From Candidatus Hydrogenedentota bacterium (lineage in GTDB: Bacteria; Hydrogenedentota; Hydrogenedentia; Hydrogenedentales; SLHB01), in contig JAIBAQ010000010.1 of the NCBI GenBank assembly GCA_019695095.1, positions 7,845 to 71,844 on the forward strand: a DNA stretch of 64,000 bases, given 5' to 3'. Both the position numbers and the translations under genes were made by a program. Shown piece by piece: positions 30,651 through 40,949 of the stretch; position 1 is the stretch's first letter; every line of letters begins with the position of its first letter. The notes under the pieces are model-generated. The model was given only the letters and a program-made list of their open reading frames with translations, made no database searches and was not told where the DNA came from.

Positions 30651-32513
30651 ATGACGCGGAAGGAATTGAGAATAGGATTCTCTCCATTGCCACGCCACAA
30701 CGTGTGGATTGCTGCATCCATTTGCCTGGCATTCGCGCTGGGAGGTCGAGCGGATACGCCGGCCACTCAGGCGGCGAATAGCGGGCCCGCGCCCACCACG
30801 TCCGTGACCTCAATTATTGAACTCCAGCCCCATCGCGAAGTGCACACCTTGGCGAACGCGCGCGGCGACCAGGTATCGATCATCAACCTGAATACCCATA
30901 TCGGCGCCTACTATCTACTTCAGGGCAGTATCGCAGGCGAAAAATTCTCGCTGCATCTCGAAGTCCCCGTTTCGACGCCGGGTAGAATTGAGCGGCCCGC
31001 GCTGACTTTGGTGAGTGAGGGTATCGTAGTCACAGAGCCCCGTGGAACGGTTCACTCGTACCTGCTTTGGCCCAATGCAATGACTCACACTTCCCCCTTT
31101 GTTCTTGAAGTGACGCCGGCAGGAACAGCCCCCAATCGTCTGTGCGACACACCCGTCATTGGCGACATATTGCGCGGCGCCCTTCGGGCAAGTTCGGCCT
31201 TCACTTCGATTTGCGATGGACACGTGCTGGTGCGTACGCAAAAGACGGGGTCTGCGACACTCCTGGAATCGACAACAGACTTCCTGCGGCAGGCTTCCAT
31301 CGGCGATTGGCTCCTTGAACAAGCAAAGCCCTATCTCATCCCAGCTCCGGAGCTTGTAAGTGACCATGCGGCAGTTGCTCAACCGTTACCGACACGAGGC
31401 CCGCGGTCTGCGCTTGTGGACCCTTCTCATGCTGAGACGGCCTGTGTTGCCACATCTGTTGGCGTGGCAATAGATGCCGCCGAACATGGCATGGTCTACG
31501 GCAAATGGTATGCCGCTCAGCGGCATCCCGGTATCTTCGTGAGCGTGATCAAGGCGTCTGTCATCGATACGCAGATTCTCGAATCGTACAAGGATCGTGT
31601 TGCGCGTCTCGGGAGCCAGGATGCACGCGAGGCCGACGCGCTTGTCTATCTGCTTGCCTTTGACACGATGCAATACCGATTTGGTTTTTCGATGGGCGCG
31701 GAACATCCGGGATTGGGTTGGTCGCCGTATATCAAGACAGCACATGACACGCAGGGGCCCGATGGATTCTCGTCGCGGAAGCCGCTGGTAACGATTGGAG
31801 CCGTGCCCCCCTACGAGGAACCTTATGTGACCGCCACCTTCACTGGGGGATTCAAGCGCCAGCACGGGGCCTTCAAGTCGGGGGCGCTGTCCCAGGTGAA
31901 CAATGGAAGCCATTTCGGATTCGTTGAGAAGGGGGTCATCTTCAGCCGCGTGATGCCGGGATTGGCGACGGCGGCCATCAAACAGGACGGTCAGATCGAC
32001 CTCTATACGTGGCCACAGGATTCTTCGTTTCTCTCTCCGGTTCTTTACGACGTTCGGCAGAATTGCGTGGCTATCGTCGATGGTGTAGATGCCAACGGAC
32101 TCACCATTCCCGGCGAGCTAGTGAATAAATGGGGCGAAGGTGCATGGTCGGGAAGTCAGACCGGCCAGTTCACAACAACGCGAACGGGGCTGGCGATTCA
32201 GGATTCGGAACACGCATCATTCATCCTCTTCGCCTACTTCACCGGTGCAACTCCGAATGCGATGGCGAGAGTGTTTCAGGCCTACCAGTGCCGGTACGCA
32301 ATGCTGCTGGACATGAACAGCTTTTCGGCGTGCTTTGCGACTTTGTACGACCGCGACGCACAGCGTAATGTGACCGATGTCGAGTATCTGCACAAAGAGA
32401 TGGCGTCGGTCGGCGGCAAACTTGGCAGGTTGCGCTTCCTTGAGACCGACGACACGCGGGACTTCTTCTATGTCATGCGCAAACCTGACCAAGGACGCGT
32501 GGCGAAACGTTGA
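30651..32513 (+). CDS. Exported conserved hypothetical protein
   Basis: Signal-like N-terminus; motif-rich C-half (FTGGFKRQHGAFK, VRQN, GAWSG, TRTG, AMLLDMN) loosely resembling phosphodiester-glycosidase (NAGPA-like) folds. Confidence 0.6.
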   Translation: MTRKELRIGFSPLPRHNVWIAASICLAFALGGRADTPATQAANSGPAPTTSVTSIIELQPHREVHTLANARGDQVSIINLNTHIGAYYLLQGSIAGEKFSLHLEVPVSTPGRIERPALTLVSEGIVVTEPRGTVHSYLLWPNAMTHTSPFVLEVTPAGTAPNRLCDTPVIGDILRGALRASSAFTSICDGHVLVRTQKTGSATLLESTTDFLRQASIGDWLLEQAKPYLIPAPELVSDHAAVAQPLPTRGPRSALVDPSHAETACVATSVGVAIDAAEHGMVYGKWYAAQRHPGIFVSVIKASVIDTQILESYKDRVARLGSQDAREADALVYLLAFDTMQYRFGFSMGAEHPGLGWSPYIKTAHDTQGPDGFSSRKPLVTIGAVPPYEEPYVTATFTGGFKRQHGAFKSGALSQVNNGSHFGFVEKGVIFSRVMPGLATAAIKQDGQIDLYTWPQDSSFLSPVLYDVRQNCVAIVDGVDANGLTIPGELVNKWGEGAWSGSQTGQFTTTRTGLAIQDSEHASFILFAYFTGATPNAMARVFQAYQCRYAMLLDMNSFSACFATLYDRDAQRNVTDVEYLHKEMASVGGKLGRLRFLETDDTRDFFYVMRKPDQGRVAKR

Positions 32514-32597
32514 GCACCACGTAGAATTCCTCAGATTCCTGCGGTATGCTCCGTGCCGTTTGGCGTCTGGAGACAACGACGCCTGAAGAGGGAACTG

Positions 32598-33812
32598 ATG
32601 AAGATTCGCTCCAGTGCTTTGATCATTTCTGCCGCTATTGTGCTTCTGGCGGCTTGCCCATTGGGCTACGCACAAACCGATGAAGTCGGCAATGTACACA
32701 CTGTCTTGCTTACGGAAGGCCGTGACCGGCTCGACAACGCCCACATCGTGTTTACGCAGGAGAAAAAAGGGCGGGTGGCATTCATTGGCGGATCCATCAC
32801 AGCATCGCCTGGATGGCGCGACCTCACCTGCGAAATGCTCAAACAACGTTTCCCAGAAACTGAATTCGATTTCATCAACGCGGGTGTCGGAGGAACGAAT
32901 TCCACGTTGGGAGCCATGCACCTAGAGAACGACGTGTTTTCGAAAGGACGCGTTGACCTTCTGTTTGTCGAGTTCGCGGTAAATGATGGCGACTCTCCAT
33001 CCCGTGGCAGCCGGCTTGATCGCGCCATGGAGGGCATCGTACGGCACGCGCGCACTATCAATCCTAACATTGACATTGTCATTCAGTACTTCATGCAGCA
33101 GGGCATGCAGGAGGCGGTGAACCAAGGCAAGTTCCCCTCTTCTGTGGAATACCACGAGCGCGTTGCCGAGCACTACCGAATACCCGCGATCAACATGACC
33201 GCGGTGGTTACGAAGATGCTGAACGAGAAGAGCCTTGCCTGGGATGAATTCTCACGAGACTCCTGCCATCCTACCGAGACCGGGCACAAGTTATACGCGG
33301 AGCAAATCCATCAACTTTTCGATGTCATGTGGGATGCTCCGTTGCCTGTTGACGCAAGAGTTGCTTCGCACCCTATTCCCCAACCCTTGGACATGCAAAA
33401 CTATGAGCATGGACGATTTGTCGAGGTGAACGAGGCGAAGATTTTGAATGGCTGGGAATTGGTCAAGGGTTGGGAAACGCAGAAGACCTGCAACTACAGC
33501 GGAGCAGTCGACGTTCTAACTGCCACCGAACCGGGCGCAGAGCTTGAACTGACCTTTGAGGGCACTCTGGTGGGAATCAACGCGATCGCCGGTATGGACG
33601 CAGGGACTCTTGAGTATGCCATCGATGACGGACCAGTGAATTCGCAGGATCTGTTTGACCACTATTGCGAGCAGTTTCACCGGCCCGTCTGCCACGTGTT
33701 GGCCGAGGATTTGCCTCCGGGAAAGCACATACTGCGTTTGAAGATGGCGGTGAAGGCCAACGAAAAGAGCGAAGGACACGCGGCACGGATACGCTGCTTT
33801 GTAGTGAATTGA
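32598..33812 (+). CDS. Secreted SGNH/GDSL hydrolase with C-terminal beta domain
   Basis: AFIGGSIT (block I), NAGVGGT, VEFAVND, DSCHP (D-x-x-H). Confidence 0.88.
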   Translation: MKIRSSALIISAAIVLLAACPLGYAQTDEVGNVHTVLLTEGRDRLDNAHIVFTQEKKGRVAFIGGSITASPGWRDLTCEMLKQRFPETEFDFINAGVGGTNSTLGAMHLENDVFSKGRVDLLFVEFAVNDGDSPSRGSRLDRAMEGIVRHARTINPNIDIVIQYFMQQGMQEAVNQGKFPSSVEYHERVAEHYRIPAINMTAVVTKMLNEKSLAWDEFSRDSCHPTETGHKLYAEQIHQLFDVMWDAPLPVDARVASHPIPQPLDMQNYEHGRFVEVNEAKILNGWELVKGWETQKTCNYSGAVDVLTATEPGAELELTFEGTLVGINAIAGMDAGTLEYAIDDGPVNSQDLFDHYCEQFHRPVCHVLAEDLPPGKHILRLKMAVKANEKSEGHAARIRCFVVN

Positions 33813-33888
33813 GGGCAAGGACTCCAAGGACAGCAAAGACAACGGTCCATGCAAGTCGTAAAGAAACGATACGATACGGTAGCCTCGC

Positions 33889-36345
33889 CTATTTCTGCGG
33901 AGTCAGCGTTCCCTTGTAGTCTCCTCCAGTAAGGGTGACGGCGAGCCGACGGCCTTTACGAGAGATTTCGGAGGCGGGCGGTGCCCCGCCATTCAGAATA
34001 AGTTGTTCGTCGCCGGAAGCGACTGGCAACGAAAGTGAAGCTGTCGTGTTCTTGGGGATCGAAACCTCAAAGTGCAGCGAGCCACTCTCCTTGTCGCGTT
34101 TCCACATCACCGGCACGGGTCCAAATTCAGTAACCACGACACCTTTGGCTTCCGTCAAGTCACCCAGGCGAGGCTCGATCACGATGTGGCGGTTCTTGAT
34201 GGGACCATCCACACGCACGCCGAGCACATAGCGACTGAGGAACAGTGTAGGCGCAGAGCCCATGTTGTGACAGTACTCGCCGGGGCCAAAGTTCTCCCAA
34301 CCCGTACCCGTCTCGCTTTCGCTCATGGCTTTCCAACGCGTGCGAATCAGGTCAAGCACCAACTGGTCTGCCTTGTCGTTGTTCATGCGATAGAGGTCTT
34401 CGAATAGGAACACGTGCACATACGAACTGACCGATTCTTTTGATTCGTTCTCGAAAAGCCACTGCTCCAGACGCGCACGCGATTCCGCGGGCACCGCGTC
34501 GAAATACAAGGCAATGATTGCGGCGTGCACGGTCGGCGGAGTCTTGGAGCCATCATCCGCAATACTCCCGAAATACGCACCGATTTCCGGATTCCACAGT
34601 TGTGCGGTGAGTGCATTCCGGATCGAGTCCGCAGCGGACTTGTACGAATCCCGTTTCTCTACGTCGCCCAGGGCGTCCGCCAAGTAGGCCGCGTCATTCA
34701 ACGCGCCAAAGATGTAAGCATTCAGAGACGCGCCTTCGCAGACCTTGTAGCAAAGCGGGTTTCCAGGAAAGACAAACTCCCGCGCCTTGACGAGGCCGCG
34801 TTCGGTGCGATGGTCCAAGAACCACTGCAATTGCTTTGTCACGTAGGGCCACACTTGCCGTACAAACGCAAGTCCCTCGTCGGGGTACTCCAAACCGTTG
34901 GTGCTGTCGTAGTACTCGCGAATCGAGTGAATCCAAAGGCACGAATAGTCTTCGATGTATCCGTGAATGTCCCACCGATCGGAAGGATGGTGGGCCTTCA
35001 CGCGGCCGTCGGGTTGTTGGCTGATTGCGATGTGCCAGAGGGCGTTGTGAATGAGGCGCGGATCGGCGTAGCGAGGACCATTCACGCCGGGTCCTGAGAA
35101 TACTGACCGCGTAATGGGGTACTCATCGACAGCGGCATCGCCCAGCCATTCGACGCGTTCGCGAGTCGCGCAATCCACGTAGCTGTCCTCACTGCAGGCG
35201 AGAACCGTGTTCACGCCAATTTGCCAGAGCTTGTCGAGCAAAGGATCGCTGGACGCGAACTGTCCGGCGACATCGAACGGATACAGGCGGTTAACAATCT
35301 CTACGTTCTGCAACTGTACACTTCCCGAAGTCACTCGCACGACGAGGTACTTGAAACCGTAGGTATCCGTGCTCATATAGGCCTGGCGTCCGCCACGGGC
35401 AATGTAGGTATTCACGTGTCCATTCGAATTGGCAGGATTGTTGCCAGAGGTAAAGTAGGTCTGAGCGTATTCAATCTCTAAGCGCGCTCCCTCCTCCGCC
35501 TCAAAACCGAGGATGGAATAGGCCTGCACAAACTGGTTTGCATCGACAACAGTACGTTCGCCCGCCTTCAAATCCATCGGCAGCGAATTGGCAACGAGTT
35601 TACGCTCTTTGGATTCGCCGCACTCAAGCACAGTCAGGTTACTGAGCTTGGCCTCACGCAGCAGCGGGATGTGCCTTGGGTGGAGATTTCCCCACTGCTT
35701 CCCATCAACCGGCGATGCGAGTTTCCACGAAGAATCATCAAACGATGTTAAAGTCCAATCCGCAGTCGCCTTCCGCGCATCCACATCGTCCATGGCGCCA
35801 GCCCAGTCGATACGACCGGGTAAGAACTGCGTGTCCGCGCTCACGCGCCAGGTTGTGTCGGTCAGCACTTCTGTCCGCTTTCCTTGAGCGTCCGTCGCGA
35901 GAAGCTGGGCGCTAAGCCCCGGAACATGTCGCATGGCACGGCCGTAGAAACCCTCGGGCGTCTCTTTGGGTTTCCCGTCATGGATGTGTTGTACCAAGAC
36001 AACGATCGAGTTGGTTCCCGCAACGAGTTTCGAGGTGACATCGAGTTCATCGTATTCCGGAGCGAGCGGATCGAATCGACATGGCCCGCGGTCAACATAT
36101 TGACCATTCACCCAGAGGATGTACCGGGTGTCGGCGAAGAGGCGGAGAACCGCAGTCGAAGGCGTTGAATCCAAGGGAAACGTCTTGCGGAACGCGACCC
36201 AAACCTGTTTTCCAGCCGGAGCGGAGTCCAGCCAGACCATCGAGTTTTGCAGCGTCATTGCGGCACTCGAAGACGTGGGTTCGCCTGCCGGCGCATAGGA
36301 CGCCAGCAGCATTGTGATTAGCCAAAATGAACAGATTCGCTTCAT
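33889..36345 (-). CDS. GH78-like alpha-L-rhamnosidase family protein, secreted
   Basis: ADTRYILWVNG N-terminal domain, VDCATRERVEW, WENF...CHNMG, IEPRLGDL...G.V.T.FG C-terminal domain. Confidence 0.82.
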   Translation of the reverse strand: MKRICSFWLITMLLASYAPAGEPTSSSAAMTLQNSMVWLDSAPAGKQVWVAFRKTFPLDSTPSTAVLRLFADTRYILWVNGQYVDRGPCRFDPLAPEYDELDVTSKLVAGTNSIVVLVQHIHDGKPKETPEGFYGRAMRHVPGLSAQLLATDAQGKRTEVLTDTTWRVSADTQFLPGRIDWAGAMDDVDARKATADWTLTSFDDSSWKLASPVDGKQWGNLHPRHIPLLREAKLSNLTVLECGESKERKLVANSLPMDLKAGERTVVDANQFVQAYSILGFEAEEGARLEIEYAQTYFTSGNNPANSNGHVNTYIARGGRQAYMSTDTYGFKYLVVRVTSGSVQLQNVEIVNRLYPFDVAGQFASSDPLLDKLWQIGVNTVLACSEDSYVDCATRERVEWLGDAAVDEYPITRSVFSGPGVNGPRYADPRLIHNALWHIAISQQPDGRVKAHHPSDRWDIHGYIEDYSCLWIHSIREYYDSTNGLEYPDEGLAFVRQVWPYVTKQLQWFLDHRTERGLVKAREFVFPGNPLCYKVCEGASLNAYIFGALNDAAYLADALGDVEKRDSYKSAADSIRNALTAQLWNPEIGAYFGSIADDGSKTPPTVHAAIIALYFDAVPAESRARLEQWLFENESKESVSSYVHVFLFEDLYRMNNDKADQLVLDLIRTRWKAMSESETGTGWENFGPGEYCHNMGSAPTLFLSRYVLGVRVDGPIKNRHIVIEPRLGDLTEAKGVVVTEFGPVPVMWKRDKESGSLHFEVSIPKNTTASLSLPVASGDEQLILNGGAPPASEISRKGRRLAVTLTGGDYKGTLTPQK

Positions 36346-36548
36346 TCTTCCCCCCAATACTCAATCCGACCTGAAGCAGGCAATGCCTCCGCCATGCTCA
36401 GGAATGAGTCCGTCTGACTATGCGTTGTTGAAGCTAGAGAATCAAGAATCCGGTTTGTGTTTTGCCTACTTAACTAACCTTGCCCGAGGCGCTGGCGGAG
36501 TGCTACCGTAGGCGCGTCACGTCAAGGCGCACCATCCCAGGAGAAGCT

Positions 36549-37025
36549 ATGCCCGAATCGTTGCTTGAAAAACAGATTGGCGACCGTTTGACTCGCCGCA
36601 AGGAGACTGTCGCGTCGGCAGAATCCTGCTCCGGTGGCCTCATTGCCCACCGCATCACGAATGTGGCGGGGTCCTCCGCGTATTTTCAGGGCGGAGTCGT
36701 GACATACAGCAATCAAGCGAAGTGCGACCTTCTTGGCGTGAAGAAAGACTCAATTTTGGCAGAAGGCGCGGTCAGTGACACGGTGGCACGGCAGATGGCG
36801 GAGGGGGCGCGCGCGCGATTCTTGGCGGATTGGGGCGTGGGGGTAACCGGAATTGCCGGGCCCACCGGTGGCACGCCGGAAAAACCCGTTGGATTGGTCT
36901 ACGTGGCCGTCTCCGGCAAAGCTGGAACAACCGTGCAACGTTGCATGTTCAACGGTAACAGGGAAGAGATTAAATCGCAGACCGCCAATACGGCGTTACA
37001 GATGATATTGGAGCAGTTGGCATGA
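36549..37025 (+). CDS. pncC: CinA C-terminal domain protein (NMN deamidase, PncC-like)
   Basis: AESCSGGLIA, GSSAYFQGGVVTYSNQAK, GAVS, VTGIAGPTGG, KPVGLVY; ATGA overlap with dnaE. Confidence 0.85.
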   Translation: MPESLLEKQIGDRLTRRKETVASAESCSGGLIAHRITNVAGSSAYFQGGVVTYSNQAKCDLLGVKKDSILAEGAVSDTVARQMAEGARARFLADWGVGVTGIAGPTGGTPEKPVGLVYVAVSGKAGTTVQRCMFNGNREEIKSQTANTALQMILEQLA

Positions 37026-40000
37026 GTGCTGGGTTTGTGCATCTCCACGTACACTCCGAATACAGCGTGCTCGACGGGGCAAGCAAAGTGTACGAATTGA
37101 TGGAGCGATGCAAGGAATACGGAATGCGCGCATGCGCCCTGACCGACCATGGGGCGATGTTTGGAGCGCTTGACTTCTACACGGCCGCAAAGAAGGCGAA
37201 TGTGAAGCCGATTATCGGGTGCGAACTTTACGTGGCCAGGGGCAGCCGCTTCGACAAGACGGGGCGTTCGGCGGGCGCGTCGAACAATCACTTCCTGCTG
37301 CTGTGCGAAAACGAAGTGGGCTACCACAATCTTTGCAGACTGAGCTCGCTGGGTTTCCTGGAAGGCTTTCATTACAAACCACGCGTCGACCTCGAGCTGC
37401 TGGCTCGGTATAAAGAAGGCCTTATCGCGAGCAGCGCGTGCTTGGCCGGAGAGATTCCCCAAGCATTGTTGGCAGGCGACATGGATGCGGCCAACGAGGC
37501 CATCCGGAAGTACGTTGCCGTCTACGGACGTGACAACTTCTTGATTGAGTTGATGGACCACGGCCTTCCTGAACAGAAGAAGGTCAATCCGCTGTTGGCG
37601 GAGTTGGCGGAACATCACGGGCTTATGGTCATTGCGACCAATGACAGCCATTACACGGACAAACGCGATTCGGAGCCGCATGATGCGTTGCTGGCGATTC
37701 AAACCGGCTCCACACTCGACAAGCCAGACCGCTTCCGCTTCGAAACGCCGGAATTCTATTTCTGCAGCCCCGATGAGATGCGCGAGCGATTTAAGGAGTA
37801 TCCGAAGGCCATCGAGAACACGGAGCTGGTGGCCGCGCGCTGCAACGTGGAACTCAAGCTGCACAGCCACCTCATCCCCCACTTCGATCCGCCGGAGGGA
37901 TTCACGCGCGAAACTTATTTGCGGGAATTGGTGAAGCTCGGACTGGAGGACCGCTACGATGGCGCGCCATCGCCTGACCATGTCGCGCGCGCGGATTACG
38001 AATTGTCCGTGATTGAGCAGATGGGTTTTGTCGACTACTTCCTTGTTGTGTGGGACCTCATCAACTTTGCGCGCAGCAAAGGCATTCCAGTGGGCCCAGG
38101 ACGCGGTTCGGGCGCAGGCAGTCTCGTGGCGTTTGCGCTCAAGATCACCAACATCGACCCGATACGGTACGGTCTTCTGTTTGAGCGCTTCTTGAATCCT
38201 GAGCGTGTCTCCATGCCGGACTTCGACCTCGACTTCTGCTACAACCGCCGAGGCGAAGTGATTGAGTACGCGCGCGCAAAGTACGGTGAAGACAATGTCT
38301 GCCAGATCATCACGTTTGGCAGAATGAAGGCACGTCAGGCAATCCGCAACGTGGGTCGCGTGATGGGAATGCCCTACGGCGATGTGGACCGCATTGCAAA
38401 GCTGATACCGGACGATCCTGCCGCCAAGGTGACGCTTGAGAAGTCTCTGAACGCCGAACCCGAATTGCAGCGCCTTGTGAAGGAGGATGCGCAAGTAAAA
38501 CGTCTATGGGAGCTGGCCACGCGACTTGAAGGAACCGTGGGCAACGTAGGTACACATGCCGCTGGCGTTGTGATTTGCGACCAACCCCTGACGGACCACG
38601 TGCCACTCTTTAAAGCCGCGGACAGCGACACCGTCGCCACGCAGTTCGAAATGAAAGGCGTCGAGGAAGTCGGACTGCTGAAGATGGACTTCCTGGGCTT
38701 GCGCACACTGACCGTGGTTCACGATGCGGTCAAGTTTGTGAAGCAGAACCGCGCAATCGATATCGATATCGACAACCTTGAGCCCAACGACAAGAAGACG
38801 TATGCGCTTCTTCGTTCCGGGAAGACCATGGGCGTGTTTCAGCTTGAAAGTTCGGGCATGCGGGATCTTGCCAAGCGCATCGGGCTCCAGAGTCTGGAAG
38901 AAGTCTGCGCCCTTATTGCCTTATACCGCCCCGGTCCGATGCAGTTGAAGGACCAATACATCGACAGTAAGCACCATCCCGACAAGGTTCAGTACGATCA
39001 CCCTGTGCTCGAGTCTATTCTCAAGGAAACCTACGGGGTTGCACTGTACCAAGAACAAGTGATGCAGATCGTGCAGGCCGCCGCGAAATTTACGCTCGGA
39101 CAAGCCGATATTCTCCGCCGAGCCATGGGTAAAAAGAAGGCCGACCTCATGGCTGAGCAGCGCGACAAGTTTGTCGAAGGCTGTAAAGGCAACAATATCA
39201 GCGAAGAACTCGCGGATATGCTGTTCGGAAAGATTGAACAATTCGCGGGATACGGCTTCAACAAGTCGCACAGCATGGCGTACGCGTTCGTGGCGTATCA
39301 GACCGCCTTTTTGAAAGCCAACTATCCCGTCGAATTCATGGCAGCATTGCTCACGTCCGAAGCCGGCAACCTCGACAAGGTCGGGATCTACGTCGAAGAA
39401 TGTCGCCGTCTCGGAATTGAAGTGCTGCCTCCGGATGTGAACTCCAGCTACGCGGGTTTCACGGTGGAAGGCGACCGCATCCGTTTTGGCATGGGAGCGA
39501 TCAAGAACGTCGGCGAGGGACACGTCGAGGCCATCGTGAAGGAGCGCGAATCGGAAGGCCCCTACAGGGACATATTTGACCTATGCCGCCGCGTGGACTC
39601 GCGCGTAATCAACCGTCGCGTGCTTGAAAGCCTGAACAAGGCGGGCGCATTCGCCAGCACGCAATGGAACCGCCGTCAGGTGGAAATGGTGCTCGATAGC
39701 GCCATCAGCGAAGGGCAGCTAAGCCAGAAGGAACGCGAGGCTGGGCAGACTTCGCTGCTTGACCTGATGGGTGGAGGCACTTCCGAGACGCAGATGCATC
39801 AGAAACCGGATATGCCCGAGTGGGCAGAAAGCGAGCTACTTGCTTTCGAAAAGGAAATGCTCGGACTCTACGTTTCAAGTCATCCGCTCGCGCGCTACGC
39901 AAAGACGCTCGACCGATATTCCTCGCACAGCCTTGCGCAATTGCAGGACTTGCGCGACGGCACGGAAGTCGTCGTAGGCGGAATGATCAGTATCATCAAA

Positions 40001-40489
40001 AACCACGTCACCGCGCGCGGCGGCAAGAAAATGGCCTTCATCACACTGGAAACGCTCGAAGGCCCATGCGAGGTCACCATCTTTCCCGATCTCTACGAGA
40101 CGAAGGCCGGTTTGATCGTCGCGGATATGCCCCTTCTGATTCCCGCACGGGTCAGTTTCAGAAATGACGAAGCAGGGCTTATCGCCAGCGATGTGGTGCC
40201 GATGGAAGAAGCCGAAGAGAAGCTTACGACGGCGACCCACATCCGTTTGACGACCATCGGTCTTGACGATGACACGTTAACGAAGCTGGCTAACGTGCTT
40301 GGCGCGCGTCCGGGTAAATGCGACGTGTATCTGCATTGCGTAACTCCCGAGCACGATGACGTTACGATTCACGCGACGAGCGCGTGCAGAGTGGCCGCGA
40401 CAAAGTCGCTCATTGAAGAGGTCGAGCGTCTCTTGGGTGAGGAATCGATTTGGTTCTCAGGCGGCAACGGACTACCCACGCACGAATAG
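37022..40489 (+). CDS. dnaE: DNA polymerase III alpha subunit
   Basis: PHP domain FVHLHVHSEYSVLDGA, GPGRGSGAGSL, SMPDFDLDF, YGFNKSHS, OB-fold C-terminus; no intein-sized insertion. Confidence 0.99.
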   Translation: MSAGFVHLHVHSEYSVLDGASKVYELMERCKEYGMRACALTDHGAMFGALDFYTAAKKANVKPIIGCELYVARGSRFDKTGRSAGASNNHFLLLCENEVGYHNLCRLSSLGFLEGFHYKPRVDLELLARYKEGLIASSACLAGEIPQALLAGDMDAANEAIRKYVAVYGRDNFLIELMDHGLPEQKKVNPLLAELAEHHGLMVIATNDSHYTDKRDSEPHDALLAIQTGSTLDKPDRFRFETPEFYFCSPDEMRERFKEYPKAIENTELVAARCNVELKLHSHLIPHFDPPEGFTRETYLRELVKLGLEDRYDGAPSPDHVARADYELSVIEQMGFVDYFLVVWDLINFARSKGIPVGPGRGSGAGSLVAFALKITNIDPIRYGLLFERFLNPERVSMPDFDLDFCYNRRGEVIEYARAKYGEDNVCQIITFGRMKARQAIRNVGRVMGMPYGDVDRIAKLIPDDPAAKVTLEKSLNAEPELQRLVKEDAQVKRLWELATRLEGTVGNVGTHAAGVVICDQPLTDHVPLFKAADSDTVATQFEMKGVEEVGLLKMDFLGLRTLTVVHDAVKFVKQNRAIDIDIDNLEPNDKKTYALLRSGKTMGVFQLESSGMRDLAKRIGLQSLEEVCALIALYRPGPMQLKDQYIDSKHHPDKVQYDHPVLESILKETYGVALYQEQVMQIVQAAAKFTLGQADILRRAMGKKKADLMAEQRDKFVEGCKGNNISEELADMLFGKIEQFAGYGFNKSHSMAYAFVAYQTAFLKANYPVEFMAALLTSEAGNLDKVGIYVEECRRLGIEVLPPDVNSSYAGFTVEGDRIRFGMGAIKNVGEGHVEAIVKERESEGPYRDIFDLCRRVDSRVINRRVLESLNKAGAFASTQWNRRQVEMVLDSAISEGQLSQKEREAGQTSLLDLMGGGTSETQMHQKPDMPEWAESELLAFEKEMLGLYVSSHPLARYAKTLDRYSSHSLAQLQDLRDGTEVVVGGMISIIKNHVTARGGKKMAFITLETLEGPCEVTIFPDLYETKAGLIVADMPLLIPARVSFRNDEAGLIASDVVPMEEAEEKLTTATHIRLTTIGLDDDTLTKLANVLGARPGKCDVYLHCVTPEHDDVTIHATSACRVAATKSLIEEVERLLGEESIWFSGGNGLPTHE

Positions 40490-40532
40490 CGACCGGAGTC
40501 CGTGTCTGCCCTAGTCATGGAGCAACGCCTGC

Positions 40533-40943
40533 ATGAACAAGGATCGACCGCAGATCGTCGTCCTCTTCGACGGAGTGTGCGTGCTCTGCAATCGGACGGC
40601 CGATTTCATTCTCCGTCACGATCGAGACGGAGCGATTAAACTCGGAGCTCTGCAATCGCCTGCTGGGCAAGAGCGCCTGAGGCGCGCGGGACTTCCGACA
40701 GACTATGTAGAGTCTCTGGTAGTCATCGATGGCGAACGCGTGCTCACGAAGTCCTCGGCAGCAATCCGTATTGCACGCGAACTGGGATTTCCGTGGCACT
40801 TGGCATCTGCGCTGAGATGCGTTCCTGTATTCATTCGTGACGCCATTTACGATTGGATAGCCAAGAATCGATACCGCTGGTTCGGCAAACGCGAATCGTG
40901 CCGTTTGCCAACTGATTCCGAGCGGGACCGATTCTTGTCGTAG
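40533..40943 (+). CDS. DCC1-like thiol-disulfide oxidoreductase (DUF393)
   Basis: LFDGVCVLC (DxxCxxC); RDAIYDWIAKNRYRWFGK. Confidence 0.92.
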   Translation: MNKDRPQIVVLFDGVCVLCNRTADFILRHDRDGAIKLGALQSPAGQERLRRAGLPTDYVESLVVIDGERVLTKSSAAIRIARELGFPWHLASALRCVPVFIRDAIYDWIAKNRYRWFGKRESCRLPTDSERDRFLS

Positions 40944-40949
40944 CAGGTA

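Noticed and set aside
33813-33850. AAGGAC-like short repeats after the SGNH gene
   Set aside because: Only 2-3 degenerate units; too short to call an array.
36899-38494. 531-aa ORF antisense to dnaE
   Set aside because: Shadow of a highly conserved gene; no recognisable motifs.
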